DNA from: an uncultured Aminicenantes bacterium
Lineage (GTDB): Bacteria > Acidobacteriota > Aminicenantia > UBA2199
Assembly: GCA_965195285.1 (NCBI GenBank)
Contig: CBDAFS010000001.1
Location: 1-11,711, forward strand
DNA length: 11,711 nucleotides
Direction: 5' to 3'
Within the stretch, counting starts at the first letter, position 1. Each line of letters begins with the position of its first letter. Shown one piece after another: positions 6,762 to 11,711 of the stretch. The notes beneath the pieces were generated by a model. It saw only the letters and a program-made list of their open reading frames with translations, searched no databases and was not told the origin of the DNA. The translations under genes and the position numbers were made by a program.

Positions 6762-7133
6762 TCAGGCAGCTCCGAATGTTCTCATTTTCTTTTCTTTGAA
6801 AATGTAATATTGGAGATGCTTGAATTCCCGGTTGAGCATGTTCAGTGCTTCCCGAGCCATTTTCAGATTTTTCTCCTTTCCGGCTTTTTCCATCTGGAAT
6901 GAGAATTTTTGAAGAGTATTCAGACTCAAATTGGCAGAAGAGCCCTTCAGGGTATGACCCTGATGGTAAAGCTGGTTGAAGTTCCTATCGGTTACCGCCT
7001 GTTTCAATGCCAGGAACCGTACTTTAAAATCCGAGATATAGACCTCAATGAGTGTATCCAGAAATTCTTCATCTCCTCCGGTTCTCTCCAGAGCGCTGAA
7101 ATAATTGATCGGGGTTTTATAATTGGCATTCAT
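6762..7133 (-). CDS. Hpt (histidine phosphotransfer) protein
   Basis: ALERTGGDEEFL N-terminus and HTLKGSSANL phosphoacceptor motif; AAGGAGG RBS. Confidence 0.92.
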   Translation of the reverse strand: MNANYKTPINYFSALERTGGDEEFLDTLIEVYISDFKVRFLALKQAVTDRNFNQLYHQGHTLKGSSANLSLNTLQKFSFQMEKAGKEKNLKMAREALNMLNREFKHLQYYIFKEKKMRTFGAA

Positions 7134-7168
7134 GTTTTCCTCCTTATATGGTAAATATTCATTTGATG

Positions 7169-8077
7169 TTACCTGAAAGACACCCGGTTACGGCCATTGT
7201 TCTTGGCTTTGTAAAGCGCTTCATCGCTGCGGTTCAGTAGCTCTTCCACTGACGTGTCTTCCGTGTGCTCTACCACTGCACAACCCAGACTGATGGTTAC
7301 GTTGATGCTTCCATTTTTGGACCTGAATCCCTTTTTGAAGACATCCCGGCGAATCCGTTCGGCGATTTGCTGAGTGGTTCCCGGGTCGCATTTGGGCAGG
7401 ACAATCAGAAATTCTTCCCCGCCGTATCGACCGATCTTATCATAAGGCCTCAAATTACCCTGAAGTCGCTGTGCCACTTCCACCAAAACGGTATCACCGA
7501 TTTGATGACCGTGATTGTCATTGATTTTTTTAAAGTGATCGATATCCAGTATGATGGTACCAATCGGGTGTTCCTCCCTTTGGGCCTGGATAAACCGTTC
7601 TTTAAGAATCCGGGTTATTTCTCTCCGATTAAGAAGCCCGGTCAGGCTGTCATGAATGGCTATTCTTTGGAGTTCTTTCTGAGATTTTAATAGCTGGTGC
7701 TGTAGTGTGATTATCCGCATTCCGGTTTTTAATCTGGCCTCAAATTCTTTGATATTGAAGGGCTTGGTAATGTAATCATCGGCACCCGCTTCGAGGCCGG
7801 TGATGATATCTTCCTGATTGTCTTTTGAGGTGAGTAAAATAATATATTTGTATTTTTTTTTAGATTTCTTTTTTCTTATTTGACTGCATAACTCGATTCC
7901 GCTCATTTCCGGCATCATCCAATCCAGAAGAGCGATATGGATCTCCTTTTTTGACAATATATCCCGGGCCTCTTTTCCGTTTTTTGCGGAGTAAACCTTG
8001 AATCCCCAGGAACTGGTATGTTTCTCCAGTATTTTCCTGGAAACAGGATCATCATCAGCAACCAGTAATTTAATCAT
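7169..8077 (-). CDS. Response-regulator diguanylate cyclase (REC-GGDEF, WspR/PleD-like)
   Basis: REC motifs LVADDD, LLDWMMP, YITKP; DSLTGLLNRR, DIDHFKKIND, I-site RPYD and active-site GGEEF. ATG 8077 overlaps the kinase stop (track uses TTG 8089). Confidence 0.95.
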   Translation of the reverse strand: MIKLLVADDDPVSRKILEKHTSSWGFKVYSAKNGKEARDILSKKEIHIALLDWMMPEMSGIELCSQIRKKKSKKKYKYIILLTSKDNQEDIITGLEAGADDYITKPFNIKEFEARLKTGMRIITLQHQLLKSQKELQRIAIHDSLTGLLNRREITRILKERFIQAQREEHPIGTIILDIDHFKKINDNHGHQIGDTVLVEVAQRLQGNLRPYDKIGRYGGEEFLIVLPKCDPGTTQQIAERIRRDVFKKGFRSKNGSINVTISLGCAVVEHTEDTSVEELLNRSDEALYKAKNNGRNRVSFR

Positions 8078-10394
8078 TGGATTTTCCAATCACAACCCGG
8101 TTAATTGTTTTCATCATCGATTCCGGGTCAATGGGTTTGGAGATATAACCGTCCATTCCCGCCTCCATACACTTCTCACGGTCATCTTTCATAACATGGG
8201 CAGTCATGGCAATAATGGGAATACGGGTGGAGTTTTTGGCTTTTCTTTCTCGCTGGCGTATGGCTGCTGTGGTTTCAAAACCGTCCATCCCGGGCATCTG
8301 TATGTCCATTAGCACCAGGTCAAAACTCTTTTTCTTAAACGCTCCTAAAGCTTCTTTGCCATCACGGGCTGTTGTGATATTATGTCCCTGATTTTCCAGG
8401 AGGCGTTTGGCCACCATCTGGTTGACCAGGTTGTCTTCGGCTAATAAGATGCGGTATTTCTGAATTTGTTCCCGGCTGATTTGACTGGTGATTGTCTGCT
8501 TTTTATTATTAATCTGTTCCTGTTGTATGTGGTTAATTTCTAATTTTACCGTAAAGTGAAAATCGCTCCCCTTTCCCGGTTTGCTTTTTACCCATATTTG
8601 CCCTCCCATTAACTTGACCAGTTGTGATGAAATGCTCAGGCCCAGCCCGGTGCCTCCATATTGTCGTGTGGTTGATCCATCGGCCTGAGAAAAAGCCTGG
8701 AATATCTGCTTCTGTTTGGATTTGGGTATGCCGATCCCTGTATCGCTTACCGTAAAGTGGAGCATCGACCTGCTATGGGTTCTTGACTCTTCCTCTACTG
8801 TTAACCTGATTCCGCCTTTTTTGGTAAACTTGATGGCATTGGAGATTAAATTGATGATTATCTGGCGAAGGCGTCCCGGATCACCAATCAGGTGGTGCGG
8901 AGTGTCGGGGGAAATGCCAAAGATGAGTTCAAGGTTTTTTTCGCGGGCCTGGAGAGTCTGAACGGAAATTATTTCGTGAATGATATGATGCAGTTGAAAG
9001 GGGATGGCTTCCATCTCAATTTTTTCAGCCTCTATCTTTGAAAAATCCAGAATATCGTTTAATATTTTAAGAAGCGACTGGGCCGAAATCTTTATGTTTG
9101 ACAGGTATTTCTGAAGCTCCGGGGTTGGACCGGCATCAAGAGCCAGGTCCGTCATTCCCATAATCCCATTCATGGGGGTACGGATCTCATGGCTCATGTT
9201 GGCTAAAAACTCACTCTTTGCTCTATTGGCCGCTTCGGCAGATGCCTTTGCCTGGTACAGTGCATCCTCGGCCTTCTTGCGCCTGGTGATGTCCCTGGCT
9301 ATTCCAAGAACTACAGTTTTATCTTTGATTTGTACAGGATAAGTTCGTATCTCCACTGAAACCTGACTGCCATCTTTGCGATTCAAAATAAATTCATCAG
9401 GGCCTGTAGCTTTACCCTGTACATTTTTCACTAAAAGCTTCGACGCTTTAAGTAATTCTTGCACAGCTAAGACTTTAAGTTTTAAAAAGTTTTTCCCAAT
9501 CATTTCTTCTTTTTTATATCCGAGTAAATCTTCAGCAGCTTTGTTTCCATCAATGAAAGTTCCTTTAAGGTCACTCAGGTAATAAGCATCCGGTGCAAAT
9601 TCAAATAAGATTTTTAATCTTTCTTCCGAGCTTTTTAATGCTTCCTCTGCCTGTTTGCGCTCGGTGATGTCCATCCCAAAAAGGTAAAATAGTCGTGTCG
9701 GTTTATCCCTGGTGATGGTCAACAGATAAATACGGTCTGCAATTTGTTGCTCTGTCTGAAAGGGGGTTTTAAATTTATTTTTATTAATAAGTGACAGGTT
9801 CAAGTCCGGTAGCAGTTCATTGAGGGATATTCCGATTATCTCTTTTTTAAATATCTTCACGGCTGCCGGATTGGAAGAGGTTGTCTTTCCCCGATCATCT
9901 GCCTGCAAAACCGGGGCAGGGTTGTTGTAAACAAATGCCGCCTGTTTTTTCAGTTCATTTCTATGCATTTTTTGTTCTGAAATATCCCGGTATATTCCAC
10001 ACACCGCTTCAACTTTGCCCTCAACCAGGATGGGTGATGAAATCAGAGAAACCTGGACGCAGGATCCATCTTTTTTTTGGCGACGGGTTTCGGTGATCAC
10101 TTTTTCCCCAAGGGCTGTTTTCTTAGTAATGGCTTCAGCATCTTTTTTATATTTTTCAGGAACTAACAGATCATCGATGTTTTGGCCGAGTGCTTCCTGA
10201 GATTTGTAGCCGAATAAACAGGAAAATTCTCTATTTGTACTCAGTATATATCCCTCATTATTAGTTACAATGATGGCTTCCGGGGTATTTTCGAATAACT
10301 GGTCCATTAAAACCCTTTCAGAAGGCAATTTCAGTTCATGTTTGATTTGATTTTTAACATCTTTGCTCTGCAGGATAACCCGGTTACTCTTCAT
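8070..10394 (-). CDS. Cytoplasmic hybrid sensor histidine kinase (PAS x3 - HisKA - HATPase - REC)
   Basis: Three PAS-like segments; H-box FLANMSHEIRTPMNG; N box NLISNAIKFT; G1 DTGIGI; G2 GGTGLGL; C-terminal REC (LAEDN, LMDIQMP, ISKP). No transmembrane segment; ATGA overlap with the HD-GYP gene. Confidence 0.96.
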   Translation of the reverse strand: MKSNRVILQSKDVKNQIKHELKLPSERVLMDQLFENTPEAIIVTNNEGYILSTNREFSCLFGYKSQEALGQNIDDLLVPEKYKKDAEAITKKTALGEKVITETRRQKKDGSCVQVSLISSPILVEGKVEAVCGIYRDISEQKMHRNELKKQAAFVYNNPAPVLQADDRGKTTSSNPAAVKIFKKEIIGISLNELLPDLNLSLINKNKFKTPFQTEQQIADRIYLLTITRDKPTRLFYLFGMDITERKQAEEALKSSEERLKILFEFAPDAYYLSDLKGTFIDGNKAAEDLLGYKKEEMIGKNFLKLKVLAVQELLKASKLLVKNVQGKATGPDEFILNRKDGSQVSVEIRTYPVQIKDKTVVLGIARDITRRKKAEDALYQAKASAEAANRAKSEFLANMSHEIRTPMNGIMGMTDLALDAGPTPELQKYLSNIKISAQSLLKILNDILDFSKIEAEKIEMEAIPFQLHHIIHEIISVQTLQAREKNLELIFGISPDTPHHLIGDPGRLRQIIINLISNAIKFTKKGGIRLTVEEESRTHSRSMLHFTVSDTGIGIPKSKQKQIFQAFSQADGSTTRQYGGTGLGLSISSQLVKLMGGQIWVKSKPGKGSDFHFTVKLEINHIQQEQINNKKQTITSQISREQIQKYRILLAEDNLVNQMVAKRLLENQGHNITTARDGKEALGAFKKKSFDLVLMDIQMPGMDGFETTAAIRQRERKAKNSTRIPIIAMTAHVMKDDREKCMEAGMDGYISKPIDPESMMKTINRVVIGKSND

Positions 10395-11077
10395 GTCAGA
10401 CTCCTCTGGTTTTTAAATTCATCCAGGTTATTGAGAAATATATCAACGATTTTGGGATCGAAGTGTTGCCCACGTTCTTTTCTGATCATATCAATGACCT
10501 TATTCCTGGGAACAGGGCCTCTATAGGGTCGTCGGGATGTCAGGGCATCAAAAAAATCTGCCAGGGACACGATTCTGCCCGTCAGTGGAATGTCCTCTTT
10601 AGCCAGGCCATGAGGATATCCCTTTCCATTCCACTTTTCATGATGAGAGATGGCTATCTGTGTCGCCATCTGGAGAATCTCAGAATCGGAGCCATCCAGT
10701 ATTTTGGCTCCGATAAGGGTATGGGATTTTATTATATCGAATTCATCCGGGGATAATTTTCCGGGCTTCTGTAAAATGGCGTCGGGGATTCCGATTTTTC
10801 CGATATCATGCATGGGTGCTGCATAACGAAGGGTGTCGATGGTTGTTTTTGACAGTCCCAGCTTCTCGGCGATCAGGACGCTGAAATGACCGATACGCTT
10901 GATATGATTTCCGGTGTTTTCATCTTTAAATTCCGATGCCAAAACCAGGCGCTGGATGGTATCCAGATAGGAGTTCTGCAATTTCTGGTGGGCACTCCTC
11001 AGGTCAGAAAAGGCTCTGTTCAGGTCTCTGGCAAATTTTAAAAGCTGCTGGTTGCCCATTTCTAAATCGCCAATCAT
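10391..11077 (-). CDS. HD-GYP c-di-GMP phosphodiesterase (RpfG-like) lacking an attached receiver domain
   Basis: EFKDENTGNH, HDIGKIGIPD, HHEKWNGKGYP, ADFFDALTSRRPY and HFDP motifs; N-terminal coiled-coil linker typical of REC-HD-GYP proteins. Confidence 0.93.
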   Translation of the reverse strand: MIGDLEMGNQQLLKFARDLNRAFSDLRSAHQKLQNSYLDTIQRLVLASEFKDENTGNHIKRIGHFSVLIAEKLGLSKTTIDTLRYAAPMHDIGKIGIPDAILQKPGKLSPDEFDIIKSHTLIGAKILDGSDSEILQMATQIAISHHEKWNGKGYPHGLAKEDIPLTGRIVSLADFFDALTSRRPYRGPVPRNKVIDMIRKERGQHFDPKIVDIFLNNLDEFKNQRSLT

Positions 11078-11217
11078 TTTTGCACCAATTTAGCAATATC
11101 AATGGCTTTTTCTCCATTTTTCGCTGTGAAAAGCTTATTGAAACCAGCAAGTTTAAAAACAAGTTCCAGCATTTCTCTGATTTCCTGCTGGTCGTCAACA
11201 ATTAATAGTTTTTTCAT
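11074..11217 (-). pseudogene. Internally deleted receiver domain (47 aa), former N-terminus of the HD-GYP protein
   Basis: MKKLLIVDDQQEIREML...AKNGEKAIDIA then KLVQK*; lacks the phosphoacceptor Asp, the Thr and the Lys-Pro motif. GAGG RBS before ATG 11217. Confidence 0.82.
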
Positions 11218-11261
11218 ATTCTGCCTCTGGAATTTAATTTTTTGTTTCATCATGTAAACAA

Positions 11262-11279
11262 CAGCAAGGCTGATGCCAA
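11262..11279 (-). promoter_or_regulatory. sigma54 (-24/-12) promoter for the c-di-GMP phosphorelay operon
   Basis: Minus strand TTGGCATCAGCCTTGCTG is TGGCAT-N5-TTGCT, near-consensus, about 45 nt upstream of ATG 11217. Confidence 0.8.
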
Positions 11280-11359
11280 TCCGTGATAATAAGCCTGTAG
11301 TATTGATGGCAAAGGGTTTCAGCAACTATTTTAGCATACGGGAATGATGGATCAGGTAA

Positions 11360-11372
11360 GACAAAAGTTGAC
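11360..11372. promoter_or_regulatory. Putative enhancer (bEBP) box GACAAAAGTTGAC, copy 2
   Basis: Imperfect palindrome starting 83 bp from the -24 GG of the 11262-11279 promoter; first 12 bp identical to 6279-6290. Confidence 0.55.
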
Positions 11373-11455
11373 AACCATATCAAACGGTCAGATACCAAAA
11401 AAAGAAATTTTTAAATCCGGTGAATGAACCGGTTGATTTATTTTTGGTTGAGAAT

Positions 11456-11711
11456 TCAGCCCAATATTTCCTCGACTTTTCTGATCAAATCCAGTGGGCT
11501 GAAGGGTTTGGTAAAATAACCATCGGCGCCCGCTTGGTATCCGTTTTTTCTATCACTCTGCTGGCCTTTGGCGGTTAGCATTATAATTGCACTTCCTCTG
11601 GTTTCAGGATCACTCTTTATTATTCGGGTTGCTTCGAGCCCATCGATTTTTCCCGGCATCATGATATCCATGATGATCAGGTCAGGTTTCTCCTGGCGGG
11701 CAATATCAATT
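11456..11711 (-). CDS. Response regulator receiver domain (5'-partial, continues beyond the window)
   Basis: Frame open to the window edge: IDIARQEKPDLIIMDIMMPG...IIMLTAK...YFTKPFSPLDLIRKVEEILG*. Confidence 0.92.
   Translation of the reverse strand, partial: IDIARQEKPDLIIMDIMMPGKIDGLEATRIIKSDPETRGSAIIMLTAKGQQSDRKNGYQAGADGYFTKPFSPLDLIRKVEEILG

Noticed and set aside
205-11205. Other short antisense or alternate-frame ORFs in the track (e.g. 1127-1594, 7265-7690, 7998-8312, 10463-10756)
   Set aside because: Shadows of well-supported genes, with no domain motifs or RBS support.
11218-11325. N-terminal extension of the 83-aa ORF 11074-11325
   Set aside because: Runs through the sigma54 promoter; receiver homology and the RBS point to ATG 11217.

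Overview
Bacterial (diderm) accessory region with two parts. Left (1-6153), secreted and surface proteins: the 3' end of a repeat/Fn3-like exported protein, a small outer-membrane beta-barrel, a subtilisin-family S8 protease, and two convergent paralogous SBBP-type beta-propeller genes. These have 5 and 7 repeats of 59 aa and share a 121-aa C-terminal domain; the + strand copy carries a 1-nt frameshift. Right (6353-11711, all minus strand), a c-di-GMP phosphorelay operon: response regulator (partial), an internally deleted receiver, HD-GYP phosphodiesterase, 3xPAS hybrid histidine kinase, REC-GGDEF cyclase, Hpt and a single-domain response regulator. Features the ORF track does not show: (i) two sigma54-type promoters, one for the signalling operon and one for the 7-repeat propeller gene, share an identical 12-bp upstream box (GACAAAAGTTGA) and an IHF-like site at the same spacing; (ii) the HD-GYP gene has been cut free of its receiver by a ~72-codon deletion plus a frameshift; (iii) a second HD-GYP C-terminus survives as a relic between divergent sigma70 promoters at 2514-2615; (iv) the spacer between the convergent propeller genes holds inverted arrays of degenerate 8-mers and 6-mers. 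All calls are from motif reading by eye; no database searches were run.
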